NCBI RefSeq assembly: GCF_963921235.1
Contig: NC_086108.1
Coordinates: forward strand, 46,750,001-46,814,000
Direction: 5' to 3'
DNA from: Mobula hypostoma
Taxonomy: Eukaryota
DNA length: 64,000 nt
The translations under genes and the position numbers were made by a program. The first letter of the stretch is position 1. Each line of letters begins with the position of its first letter. Below the pieces are notes generated by a model, which had not been told where the DNA came from, made no database searches, and saw only the letters and a program-made list of their open reading frames with translations. This document shows, one piece after another, positions 51,470 through 62,777 of the stretch.

Positions 51470-54420
51470 AATACAAGGAGGCAGGAGAAGAGGAGCGCAT
51501 TGGCTTGGCCCAGCTGATGTGCATACTACGAAAGAAGATCGGGGTCCTCCGCCGAGCAGAGTGGCATCGGAGGCGGTGTCGTGAAAGGGCTCAAAAACTT
51601 GCTGCCTTTATCACCAACCCCTTCAAGTTCACCAAGGAGTTGCTGGGGGAGAAGCGCAGTGGGTAACTGGCCTGTTCTCAGGAAGACAGAGACCAACATC
51701 TGAAGAAGATATATAATGATCCTGAAAGAGAGCAGGAGTTGGGAGAGTGCAACATCCTAATAGACCCACCTGAACCGGATGTGCAGTTCGACATGTCAGA
51801 GCTGCAACTAAAGGAAGTCAGAGAGGTCGTCCACAAAGCAAGGGCAAGCTCGGCTCCAGGACCGAGCAACACCTCGTACAAAGTGTACAAGAACTGCCCC
51901 AAACTCCTGCTGCGTCTGTGGAAGATCCTGAGAATCTTCTGGAGAAGGAGGAAGATCCCAGAACAGTGGAGAGTGGCTGAAGGGGTGTGGATCCCGAAGG
52001 AGGAAAATGCCACCCAGATAGATCAGTTTCGCATTATCTCCCTGCTGTGTGTCGAGGTGAAGATCTTCTTCAGTGCAGTTTTCAACCAGTTGTGCACCTA
52101 CCTAGCAAAGAACACCTATATTGATACATCAGTCCAGAAGGGTGGCATTTCAGGGATGCCGGGCTGTCTGGAGCACATCGGTGTGGTGACACAGCTCATC
52201 AGGGAGGCCAGAGAGAACAAGGGCAACCTGTCAGTGTTGTGGCTCGACCTGGCAAATGCATATGACTCCATTCCGCACAAGCTGGTGCAGCTCACACTGA
52301 CCAAATATCACGTCCCCAGCAGAATCAGAGACCTTATCACTGAGTATTACAGCAACTTCAGGATGAGGGTCTCTTCAGGAGCAATTACATCAACCTGGCA
52401 CAAGGTGGAGATCGGCATCATCACAGGGTGCACTATCTCAGTGACACTGTTCTCCCTAGCCATGAACATGCTCACTAAGTCTGCTGAACCAGAGTGCACA
52501 GGGCCCAGAATGAATTCCGCTCAACGACAACCACCTATCAGGGCATTCATGGATGATCTCAGTCACCACAGAATCAGTCCCAGGCTGCTGGAGGATTCTG
52601 CAGTTTCGACTGTCGAGATCGGAACTGCATAGACGAGGAGGGGCCACAGGATTCTGGGAAGAATGCCATGCCAGGGCTCGAAAAGCTGGTGGAGTGGGCC
52701 CGGATGCGTTTCAAACCTGCCAAATCAAGATCGATGGTGCTGAGGAAAGGGAAGGTGGAGAACAAGTTCCAGTTCAGCATCGCAGGCACAGCCATCCCAA
52801 CCATCACAGAAAAGCCAGTAAAGAGCTTAGGCAAAGTTTTTGACAGCTGTTTAAGGGACACAACATCCATTCAGGAAACCTGCACCGAGTTGGATGGCTG
52901 GCTGAAATCTGTGGACAAGTCTGGCCTACCTGGGAAGTTTAAAGCCTGGGTGTATCAGCATGACATTCTTCCCAGAATCCTGTAGTCCCTCCTCGTCTAT
53001 GCAGTTCCGATCTCGACAGTCGAAACCTTAGCGAGGAGGGTTAGCAACCACCTCAGGAGATGGCTGGGGCTGCCGAAGAGCCTGAGCAGCATCGCACTCT
53101 ATGGACACCACAACAAACTGCAACTGCCCTTCAAATCCTTGGAGGAAGAATTCAAGGTAACAAGAGCCAGAGAAGTGCTACAGTATAGGGACTCAAGTGA
53201 CCCGAAGGTGGCTAGAGCAGGGATCCAAGTAAGTACTGGCAGGAAGTGGAGGGCAAAGGAAGCTGTTCAGGAGGCAGAGGCGAGGCTGCGTCACAGGAGG
53301 CTGGTGGGAGTGGTCACACAAGGCCGAGCTGGGCTAGGATCCTTTCCAACTCCCCAAATGTACACCAGAGGGAAGGAAAGGCGTCGTCTAGTTCAGGAGG
53401 AGGTGAGAGCAGTAGTGGAGGAGATGAGAGCGTGCAAGGCAGTGGGAATGAAGCAACAGGGAGCTTGGACAAGATGGGAGAATGCGGTTGAGAGGAAAGT
53501 GACCTGGGCTGATCTTTGGAAAGCCGAACCACACCGCATCCAATTTCTCATCCAGGCAGTGTACAATGTGCTTCCAAGCCCATCAAACCTGCACACATGG
53601 GGCAAGGCAGAGTCATCTGCGTGCCCACTATGCTCCAAGCGAGGAACTCTGGAGCACACCCTCAGTGGTTGTGCAAGGGCGCTTGGTGAGGGACGGTACA
53701 GGTGGAGGCATGATCAGGTCCTGAAGACCATCGCTGAAGCCGTCAGCGCAGGAGTTGAGTGGGCGAAGTGGTCCCGACCCTCCAAGCAGACCATTGCCTT
53801 TGTCAGAGCTGGGGAGCAGCCAATACCTGCCAAAAGAACATCTGCAGGCATTCTGACCTCTGCAAGGGATTGGCAGCTGCTGGTGGACCTTGAAGGGCAG
53901 CTGAAGTTCCCCAACCATATCGTAGCCACCACCCTGCGACCAGACATTGTCCTAGTGTCTGAGTCTATTAAGCAAGTGGTGCTGCTGGAGCTGACAGTCC
54001 CATGGGAAGATAGCTTGGAGGAGGCCTTTGAAAGGAAGCTCTCCAAGTACGCAGGGCTGGTCAGCAACTGTCAGCAGGCTGGATGGAGAGCGAGGTGTCT
54101 CCCAGTGGAGGTGGTTGTAGGGGATTCATAGCCCGTTCTTTAGTTAGGGCCTTCAGCATTTTGGGCATCGAGGGAGAGAGGAAGAGGAGAGCCATTCGCA
54201 GTACCACCGATGCGGCAGAGAGGGCCTCAAGATGGCTGTGGCTCAAAAGAGGGGAGCCATGGAGTCATAAATAGCTCGCCATCTGGACACAAGCTGGGGT
54301 CTGATCAGCCCCGGCTGGGTTACCTGGAGGAGGATGTATGATGTTGAAAGACCCGAAACACCCATGATTCCAGGAACATCACTGAAGATGTGTCCTGAAG
54401 CATCAGTAGATGTATGTACA
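51470..54420 (+). mobile_element. 5'-truncated Hero-like (R2-group) non-LTR retrotransposon, RT plus restriction-like endonuclease
   Basis: SAPGP, QKGG, WLDLANAY, GIITGCTIS and FMDD; CCHC CPLC..GTLEHTLSGC; RHD; RPDIVLV...LLELTVPWE...K..KY. Confidence 0.88.
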
Positions 54421-54730
54421 CAACATCTACAGGCCTGGAGTTCAATCTCTGGCTAACTTCACCACTTTACAATCCAAGAGTCCAAATAACCCTGGTTCAG
54501 AGAAACTAAAGGTCAAGCTTGGGATTTCTCTGTGATTCTGTGCAAGGAGTTTAAATAATAAAAACACCTAATATTTTGAGCCATCAAATGTACTGCATCT
54601 AGTTGTTTTGTCAAAACTACCCATCAGTTCTTTACAATTTAGAAATTAGTAGTTCATTTGAAAAGCCCTTACTCCTGTCATCTCAATAAAAGCAAAATTT
54701 TTGGATAGATTCATTGATTAAAATAATTAC

Positions 54731-54871
54731 CTGTTAAGTTTCTCAACAGCATTTTGGAAAAGAAACAGCTCCAAAACAAGTTGCTTGTCCAATAACCGTT
54801 GCATCATGATTTCATTGTGCATACTAATTAGATGGCGAGGAATGTGGTCCAATAAGCTCACATACCTCTCT
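54731..54871 (-). CDS. AXDND1: AXDND1 exon 2 (ERYVSLLDHIPRHLISMHNEIMMQRLLDKQLVLELFLFQNAVEKLN)
   Basis: ctcttcacag acceptor, AG|gtaatt donor; 141 nt, phase 2-2; resembles recalled human ERYVQMLDQIARQ segment. Confidence 0.9.
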
Positions 54872-55399
54872 CTGTGAAGAGGTAGGCAAAACGTTATTTT
54901 CAAAATCATACTTAAAAAAAATCATTACTAAAAATAAATCAAAATCATACAATTTCTAAAAAAGTTTTCCCCATCATTTACTTTTAATTTATTTTCCCTC
55001 CTTCTTTGCAATCTCTCTTGATATTTCAAATCACAAGTCTTGGGTGAATGTTATGTTGTCAGTTCTCTGACCATTGCATCCTAAAGTCATTCATACTTTC
55101 CTCCTGGGTAATCAGTCTGTATCTTTGTAATATTTCAAGTCATTAGTGAATGCTAACCAAGAGTTAAGATTCCAAGTTGAAATAGTGGCAATATTTGCAA
55201 GCTTGAGAAGAAACCTTGGTTTACTATTATCACGTATACTGAGATACAGAGAAAAGCTTTTTATTTTGTTGGATATCTAAATAGATCATGCCATATATAA
55301 TTGCAATAAAGTGGTAAAAAAAGAAAACTGAATGACAAATGTAGCATTGCATTAATAGAGAAGCTGCAGTCCAAGTAGACAACGGATATGCATCTTTCA

Positions 55400-55573
55400 T
55401 CTCAGCTTCATCTGCTCTCAGGATGAAGCTTTCCATTGCAGCACACAAGACATCCTTCTTCAAAGAACGGGGCTTCCCTTTCACCACCATTGATGCTGCA
55501 CTCACCCACATCTCCTCCATTTCCTGGACATCCACCCTCACTCCATCTTCCCACCGTCTTAACAGGGATAGAG
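55400..55573 (+). mobile_element. PLE remnant, left part (split by L1)
   Basis: FFKERGFP..TIDAALTHIS-type codons; continues at 61469 after the TSD. Confidence 0.75.
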
Positions 55574-55802
55574 GGGGACTTCCGGTAGCGCTCATGGAGT
55601 GAAGTCGCGTTCTTGACTCGCTCCATTACCTCTGAGTTTTTTTCTCTATGGTCAGCTATACTTTAATTAACTATTAAGGCATCAACTCTTACAATACTTT
55701 GAATTAAATTGAATTCTCCGACAACTGGATGATACTTAGATCTGCTATGTCTAAGAACGGGAAAAACGGCAGGATGGTAAACCTCCGGTTAAACCGAAAG
55801 GT

Positions 55803-56627
55803 ATGGATTTCCCTCCGACTGAATCACCGGTGACTTTGAAAGCTATATCGGAGTTAATTCAGAGGGAAATTTCAACCTCTGTTAGGGAGATGATTCGTAC
55901 GGAAATTGCAGACTCTGTTAAAGACCTGATTCATACGGAAATCTCAATTAATCTCCAGAAAATTGCCGATTCAATTGATAAGATGCAAACATCTATTGCG
56001 GAACATCAGTCGGCTATATCTGATCTTCAAAAATCCGCGCAACAAAGTGAGCTTAAGATGGGGAAAATCGAAGAAACAATTAATGTAATGAAGAAGAAAC
56101 TTGACTTTCTGACTTTTAAAAACACTGACTTGGAATCTAGAATGCGACGGCAGAATTTACGAATGATTGGGGTGCGTGAAGCTGTTGAATCTAACAACCC
56201 CATGAAGTTTTTTTCTCAACTTTTAAAAGATGCATTCCCTACTGTATTTCCTGACCAACCACCGCTACTGGATCGTGTTCACAGAATCCCATCATACTCG
56301 TCTAGGTCAGATAGACCTAGGCATGTTATCTTACGTTTTCATTACTTTCAAGACAAGGAGAGACTGTTTCGATTCGCTCGATCTAAAGGTTTCATTGATT
56401 TTTCGGATCTTAAGTTCCGATTCGTGGAAGATTTCAGTAAACCAATCTGGGACCAACGGGTTCGCTACAGATCTGTGATGTCGGAATTCTATAAGATGGA
56501 TTTAAGACCAGCGCTGCTGTACCCTGCACGTCTAAGGATTCGCATGTCAGATGGAGCCCTTCGTTTTTTTGATTCTCCATCGGATGCCCAGAGTTATCTG
56601 GATCAATTTTCATCTTCAACATCTTAA
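55803..56627 (+). CDS. L1 ORF1p (coiled coil, RRM, CTD)
   Basis: DLESRMRRQNLRMIGVRE, LDRVHR, PRHVILRFH and LLYPARLRI. Confidence 0.9.
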   Translation: MDFPPTESPVTLKAISELIQREISTSVREMIRTEIADSVKDLIHTEISINLQKIADSIDKMQTSIAEHQSAISDLQKSAQQSELKMGKIEETINVMKKKLDFLTFKNTDLESRMRRQNLRMIGVREAVESNNPMKFFSQLLKDAFPTVFPDQPPLLDRVHRIPSYSSRSDRPRHVILRFHYFQDKERLFRFARSKGFIDFSDLKFRFVEDFSKPIWDQRVRYRSVMSEFYKMDLRPALLYPARLRIRMSDGALRFFDSPSDAQSYLDQFSSSTS

Positions 56628-57336
56628 TTGCTATTTTTTTTTAATTATCTCCGTTGATCAGAGGCTGTGAATTGGTTGGTTTTAACTTTTTCGTGCCCTA
56701 TTTGGGCAGAAAAGTTTATTTTTGATTTCTTAATATGGTTGCTAAACTTTCTTTTCAACTGCGTCATTTCTTTCTTTTCCCAGGGGATTCTGGGTGGTTA
56801 CTTCCTTTTTGTTATCTTACGTATTTCCTGTGTGGCCTTAAATTTTGTAGTTTTTTTCAAATTTTATTTTGTTTTGCTTTTTATAACTAGTTTATGTCAA
56901 TAATCTTATTTTTTCTTGTTCTTGTTGTGTTTATTCATGGGTTTGGGGTTTATTGTGGTTTTTTTTTTAATATATATTTTCTGGCTTTTGTTCTGTTGTC
57001 TGTGTATTTTAATTGAGTTACCTTTTTTTTTACTTTTTTACTGTTTTACAATTAGCTGATCTTTTTCATATTTATACCTTTTTTTTAGGGAGCGTATACC
57101 GGAAGTCATGGGGGTAGTTTTAGCGCTTGCTTCTTTCGGGCGGGTCTGCTTTAGATTTTGCCTTGGGGTGGGGGGTGGCGGGAGGGGCTTCACGTTTTAG
57201 TTTTTTTCTCTTTGGGCTATATACATTATTGAAGTACTGGTTGCGTCCTTTTTCCCGGTATCTTTTGTATGTTCTGTTTCCTCTCCGGGTTCGTGGGTCG
57301 AGCCTATCGTCAATCCTCCTCGTTGTGGGTGGATTT

Positions 57337-60300
57337 ATGGAGTCTATTATTAATTTTGTCTCCTGGAATACTAACGGTCTTAATCATCCTATTAAAAGGA
57401 AAAAAGTTTTTAAAGTGTTCCGGAGACTTAAATCACAAATTTTATTTTTACAAGAGACCCATGTACGGAGGGGGGACAGACTACGTTTTTTTAAATTCTG
57501 GAAGGAACAACAATTTCATTCGAACTCCAATGCTAAGATTCGAGGCGTCTCTATTTTTATAGATTCCTCAGTTACTTTTATACAACAGGATATTATTTCT
57601 GATCCGAATGGTAGATTTTTATTGGTTAGTGGTTTACTATTTAATAAAAAAGTAGTTTTGGTTAATGTTTATGCTCCTAATATGGATTGTCCGGAATTTT
57701 ATAAATCATTGTTTAATCAGTTTCCGAATTTGAACGAGTTTTCATTGATCTGGGGCGGAGATCTTAATACCTGTTTGTCTCCAGCTTTGGACCGTTCGGC
57801 TCCTTTACGGACCTTACCTAATAAATCTGCAAATTTGATTAACTTTTTCCTTTCTGATTCTGGGTCGACGGACATTTGGCGTTTTCTGCATCCTCAGGAA
57901 AAAGATTTTTCCTTCTTTTCACATGTTCATCATTCCTATTCAAGAATTGATTATTTTTTTATTGATTCTCGTCTTATTCCTTTAGTGATTAAATGTGATT
58001 ATGATTCTATAACCATTTCGGATCATGCTCCACTTAAGCTTTCTATTAAAATTATGGCCAATATACCAAATAATAGACAATGGCGTTTTAATTCGCTGTT
58101 GCTTCAGGACTCGGACTTTGTTAACTTTATGAATGAACAGATTGAGCTTTTTTTTACAATTAATCATACAGAGGATATTTCGGTTAACACTCTTTGGGAC
58201 ACTTTTAAAGCCTATATTCATGGTCAGATTATCTCGTATTCTGCTGCTTTGAGGAAGAAGCAGAAGCAGGAGGAGATGGTAATTGTGGACAAGATTAAAG
58301 AAATTGATAAGAAATATGTTATGGCTCCTTCTGAGGAGTTATACAAACAAAGAACTGAACTTCAAATGGAACATAGTTTACTACTCTCGTCCTCGATTGT
58401 AAACCAATTAAAGAAAACAAGAAGTGACTTTTATGTTCACAGTGACAAAATTGGCAAGCTGCTGGCTAATCAATTGAAATCTAATTATGTTAAATCTCAA
58501 ATCAATCAGATTTATAACCAAAATGATCGATTGATACTGGATCATGTGGGGATTAATCAAACCTTTTGTGATTTTTATTCTTCTTTATATCAATCAGAGT
58601 CTCCTCGAGATTCTAAATATATGAATGATTTTTTAGATAAGTTAGACTTCCCTCAGATTTCACAGGATATGTCTTCTTTATTAGATACTTCCATTACTAT
58701 GGATGAGATTAAGAATGTTATTTTTTCTATGAATCTGGGGAAAGCTCCTGGCCCGGATGGGTTTACCGTTGAATTTTATAAATGTTTTGCTTCTTTATTG
58801 ATCCCTTGGCTCTGTAGGGTTTTTGAGGCTTCTCTGAAACTTGGTAAACTTCCTGAATCTTTTAATAGAGCATCAATTTCTTTAATACTAAAGAAGGATA
58901 AAGACCCTGCTCAATGTGCATCTTATAGACCAATATCTTTATTAAATGTTGATTCTAAAGTTTTTTCTAAGTTATTAGCAAATAGACTAGAAAAAGTACT
59001 TCCTTCTATTATTTCGGAAGACCAAACGGGTTTTATTAAAGGTCGTTACTCTTTTTATAATATTCGTACATTGTTAAATATCGTTTATACTCCCTCACAA
59101 AATGTTCCTGAGTGTGTTATTTCTTTAGATGCCGAGAAAGCTTTTGATAGAGTAGAATGGCCTTATTTACTTAAGGTGCTTGAAATGTTTAATTTTAGCT
59201 TGAAATTTATATCCTGGATTAAACTGTTATATCATTCCCCTGTAGCCTCGGTTCGTACTAACTCTTTAAACTCACCTTTTTTTCCTCTTTTTCGAGGTAC
59301 TCGACAAGGCTGTCCTCTTAGTCCCCTATTATTTGATATTGCATTAGAACCTCTTGCAATTGCCATTCGAGAATCTTCAAATATTACTGGGATAACTCGG
59401 GGATTAAAGTCCCATAAATTATCACTCTATGCTGATGATTTACTTTTATATATTTCTAATCCTGAGAAATCTATTCCTGCTGTTTTAGAGTTATTAGCAC
59501 AATTTGGTTTTTTTTCAGGTTATAAATTAAATCTTAGTAAGAGTGAACTTTTTCCGATTAATAAACATCTTCCCTTATATTATAAATTTCCATTTAAATT
59601 GATTAATAATTATTTTTCATATCTTGGGATTAAAATTACTTGTAAATACAAAGATTTATTTAAGACTAACTTTTTACCATTAATAGACCATATTACTCAA
59701 CTTTCATCTAAATGGTTTCCCTTATATTTAACTTTGATTGGTCGTATTAATGCAGTTAAGATGTTTTTTTTGCCAAAATTTTTATGTGTGTTTCAGGCAT
59801 TACCAATTTTTGTTCCAAAATCTTTCTTTGATAAAGTTGACTCTAAAATTTCTTCATTTATTTGGCAGAATAAGAATCCGAGACTGGGTAAAATACATTT
59901 ACAGAAAGCTAAGAGAGATGGAGGTTTAGCATTACCTAACTTTAGATTCTATTATTGGGCTATTAATATTCGACATATGAAATTTTGGTTACTTGATCAG
60001 GACATACTATCTATTCCTAAATGGGTAGCATTGGAACTACAATCTGTTCAGGGTTATACACTTGGCTCTATTTTAGGCTCCTCTCTCCCTTTTGATTCGA
60101 AACACCTTAAGCAGGTGTCTAACCCGATAGTTAAATATGCTTTGCGCATTTGGTTTCAATTCAGAAAATTTTTTGATCTTAATCAATTCGGGTTAGCGAT
60201 TCCTATTTTAGGTAACATATTTTTTCCTCCCTCTTTTACGGATCGCGCTTTTCAAACTTGGAAGACTAAGGGTATTTTACGGTTTTTGGATTTATTTTTA

Positions 60301-61095
60301 GATGGTTCCCTTATGTCTTTTGAACAATTATCTAATAAATATAACTTATCAAGAATACATTTTTTTAGATATTTACAAGTTAGAAATTTCCTAAGTACTA
60401 CACTTTCTTCCTTTCCAATGCTTCCTCCTACATATATTTTAGATTCGATAATTAACCTCAATCCATGTCAGAAAGGTGCATCGGCTATGATTTATAATAT
60501 TATTATGAAACTTAGGAAAGCTCCATTTGATAAGATTAGGGTAGATTGGGAACAGGAATTGGGGCTTACCATTTCTGTGGATGATTGGGGGCAGATTTTA
60601 CAATTAGTTAATACTTCCTCTATTTGTGCTAAACATTCCCTAATTCAATTTAAAGTGGTTCATAGAGCACATATGTCCAAAGATAAGTTAGCGCGTTTTT
60701 ACTCGCATATTAATCCTTTTTGTGATAGATGTTCGGGGCAGATAGCCTCTTTAACTCATATGTTTTGGTCTTGCCCTACTTTGGAAATTTTTTGGAGAGA
60801 TATTTTTAATATTATTTCTAAGGTATTAAATATAGATATCTCTCCTCACCCTATTACTGCTATCTTTGGACTACCTAAAATTTCTAGTAATCTTTCCCCT
60901 TCAGCCCGTAGAATGATTGCATTTCTTACTTTAATGGCGAAAAGATGTATTTTCCAACATTGGAAAGAGCTTAATGCTCCAACTACCTTTTTTTGGTTTT
61001 CTCAGACGATTTTATGTTTGAATTTGGAGAAAATTAGAAGTAACCTTTATGATTCTTCATTTAAATTTGAACAGATTTGGGGACCTTTTATTTGA
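57337..61095 (+). CDS. L1 ORF2p (APE endonuclease, RT, Cys-rich C-terminus), 1252 aa from the first ATG
   Basis: SWNTNGL, FLQETH, SRIDYF, SDH, YRPISLLN, GTRQGCPLSP, YADD and CDRC..HMFWSC. Confidence 0.95.
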   Translation: MESIINFVSWNTNGLNHPIKRKKVFKVFRRLKSQILFLQETHVRRGDRLRFFKFWKEQQFHSNSNAKIRGVSIFIDSSVTFIQQDIISDPNGRFLLVSGLLFNKKVVLVNVYAPNMDCPEFYKSLFNQFPNLNEFSLIWGGDLNTCLSPALDRSAPLRTLPNKSANLINFFLSDSGSTDIWRFLHPQEKDFSFFSHVHHSYSRIDYFFIDSRLIPLVIKCDYDSITISDHAPLKLSIKIMANIPNNRQWRFNSLLLQDSDFVNFMNEQIELFFTINHTEDISVNTLWDTFKAYIHGQIISYSAALRKKQKQEEMVIVDKIKEIDKKYVMAPSEELYKQRTELQMEHSLLLSSSIVNQLKKTRSDFYVHSDKIGKLLANQLKSNYVKSQINQIYNQNDRLILDHVGINQTFCDFYSSLYQSESPRDSKYMNDFLDKLDFPQISQDMSSLLDTSITMDEIKNVIFSMNLGKAPGPDGFTVEFYKCFASLLIPWLCRVFEASLKLGKLPESFNRASISLILKKDKDPAQCASYRPISLLNVDSKVFSKLLANRLEKVLPSIISEDQTGFIKGRYSFYNIRTLLNIVYTPSQNVPECVISLDAEKAFDRVEWPYLLKVLEMFNFSLKFISWIKLLYHSPVASVRTNSLNSPFFPLFRGTRQGCPLSPLLFDIALEPLAIAIRESSNITGITRGLKSHKLSLYADDLLLYISNPEKSIPAVLELLAQFGFFSGYKLNLSKSELFPINKHLPLYYKFPFKLINNYFSYLGIKITCKYKDLFKTNFLPLIDHITQLSSKWFPLYLTLIGRINAVKMFFLPKFLCVFQALPIFVPKSFFDKVDSKISSFIWQNKNPRLGKIHLQKAKRDGGLALPNFRFYYWAINIRHMKFWLLDQDILSIPKWVALELQSVQGYTLGSILGSSLPFDSKHLKQVSNPIVKYALRIWFQFRKFFDLNQFGLAIPILGNIFFPPSFTDRAFQTWKTKGILRFLDLFLDGSLMSFEQLSNKYNLSRIHFFRYLQVRNFLSTTLSSFPMLPPTYILDSIINLNPCQKGASAMIYNIIMKLRKAPFDKIRVDWEQELGLTISVDDWGQILQLVNTSSICAKHSLIQFKVVHRAHMSKDKLARFYSHINPFCDRCSGQIASLTHMFWSCPTLEIFWRDIFNIISKVLNIDISPHPITAIFGLPKISSNLSPSARRMIAFLTLMAKRCIFQHWKELNAPTTFFWFSQTILCLNLEKIRSNLYDSSFKFEQIWGPFI

Positions 61096-61481
61096 TATTT
61101 TCATTTAATGTAATATTTACCCTTCTTGTTTTTTTTCACTGTTTTTAATGGAGGTCGGGATTGAGGACGTGATTTTAAGTTTAACTCTGTTTGGTTTCAA
61201 GTTAGCCCATTGCTTTGCTTTGCTTTTAGTTAGTTGCATGGTGGGTTTTTTTTTTTGGGGGTTTTTTTTCTTTTTTTTTCCATTGATATATATAAAATTT
61301 AGTATACTATTATGTTATCTTGGTTTCTTATGTTTAAATTACATTGTTTGTAGTATTTTTTTTGGTATTGATACCTTTTGGAATTTTATTATACTTTAAC
61401 ATTGTATTAATGTTTATATGGCTTACCTTTTTTGTATACTTATTCAATAAAAAGATTTAAAAAGAAAGAACAGGGATAGAG

Positions 61482-62420
61482 TTCCTCTTGCCCTTACCTA
61501 CCTCCCCATGAGCCTCTGCATCCAACACATCATTCTCCACAACTTACACCATCTTCATTGGGGCCCTACCACCATACACGTTTTTACCTCCCCCCAAATT
61601 CTGCTTTGTACAGAGATCGCTCACTCCATGATTCCCTTGTCCATTCAATCCTCCCCACAAACCTTCCTCCTGGCCTTTCTCCCTGCAAATGGCTGAAGTG
61701 CTGTACCTGCTCATAGACCTCCTCCCTCACCTCAATTCAGGGCCACAAACAGTCCTTCCAGCAGAAGCAACACTTCACCTGCGAATCTGGCAGGGTTATC
61801 TACTATTATCGATAGATTGGGGTCAACTTTGTCGAACACCTCCACTTCCAAAGTGGAATTTCCTGGTGGCCAACTATCTTAATTCCTATCCCCATTCCTG
61901 TTCTGACATGTCAGTCCATGGTCTCCTCTTCTGCCACAAAGAAGTCACCCTCAGGTTGGACGAGCAATACCTCATATCCTGTCGAGGCAGCCTCCAACAT
62001 GATGCCATGAACATCGATTTCTCCAACTTCTAGTAATTTTCCCCTCCCCCTTCCCACTTCTCCCCACTAAGAACTCTTACCACTTCTCCTCATCTGCATT
62101 TCACCTCCCCCGGCACTCTCCTATCAGATTCTTTCTTCTCTAGCCCTTGCCTTTTCCACCTTCCATCTCCCAACTTCTTACTACATCCCTCACCCCCATC
62201 CTCCCAACTTCATCTGTTACCTTTCAGCTTGTCCTCCATCCCTTCCCCCCACCTCTTATTCTGGCATCATCCCCCTTTCCTTTCCAATCCTGAAGAAGGG
62301 ACTCAGCCTGAAACATCGACTGTTTGTCCATTTCCACAGATACTGCCTGACCTGCTGAGTTCCTCTAGCATTTTGTCTGTGTTGCTCTGGATATCCAGCA
62401 TCTGCAGAATCTCTGTGTTT
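61482..62420 (+). mobile_element. PLE remnant, right part
   Basis: LRLDEQYLISCRGSLQHDAMNIDFSNF; pyrimidine-rich tract; terminal hammerhead region. Confidence 0.8.
62285..62322 (+). ncRNA. PLE-type minimal hammerhead motif (cores intact, stem III palindrome altered)
   Basis: CAATC-CTGAAGA-AGGG-actcag-CCT-GAAA-CATC-GACTG. Confidence 0.55.
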
Positions 62421-62777
62421 AGGAAAAGTACATGGTTTTTCCACAAAGTGCACAGTTATCATTGCAGTTGGGCCCAAACTCAGAATAACAAGACTGTGTG
62501 TAGGACTCTGCATTTATACTACCCGGCTGGTTTTGTCCAGTATTAAAACAATGCTATTCCATCAAAATTATTCAATGCTATTTCACTTATTTTTTCATTA
62601 TAAGGAGAAATCCCATCTGAGCAATGGCATACTTTTACCTATATTATATTTGCTGCTAATGCTTCAAAGGAAAATGATAAGTATAATTTATACATTACAA
62701 TGCATCACTACATCTGAAATTTGAATGCTTGTTCATGTATTACCAATAATGTTCCAATGCTACAAAAAACAAAATTG

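Larger units (their letters stand above)
55574..61468 (+). mobile_element. Full-length, near-intact L1-clade LINE (5.9 kb)
   Basis: 13-bp TSD aacagggatagag at 55561-55573 and 61469-61481, preceded by tt (TT/AA endonuclease site); aataaa and A/GAAA tail; two long ORFs. Confidence 0.95.

Noticed and set aside
54300..54395. Hammerhead-like words (CTGATCA, GAAA, CTGAAGA) in the Hero 3' UTR
   Set aside because: Their order and the surrounding stems do not fit a hammerhead topology.
57127..57336. 70-codon N-terminal extension of L1 ORF2 in the ORF track
   Set aside because: Starts at TTG in low-complexity T-rich spacer; APE homology begins at ATG 57337.
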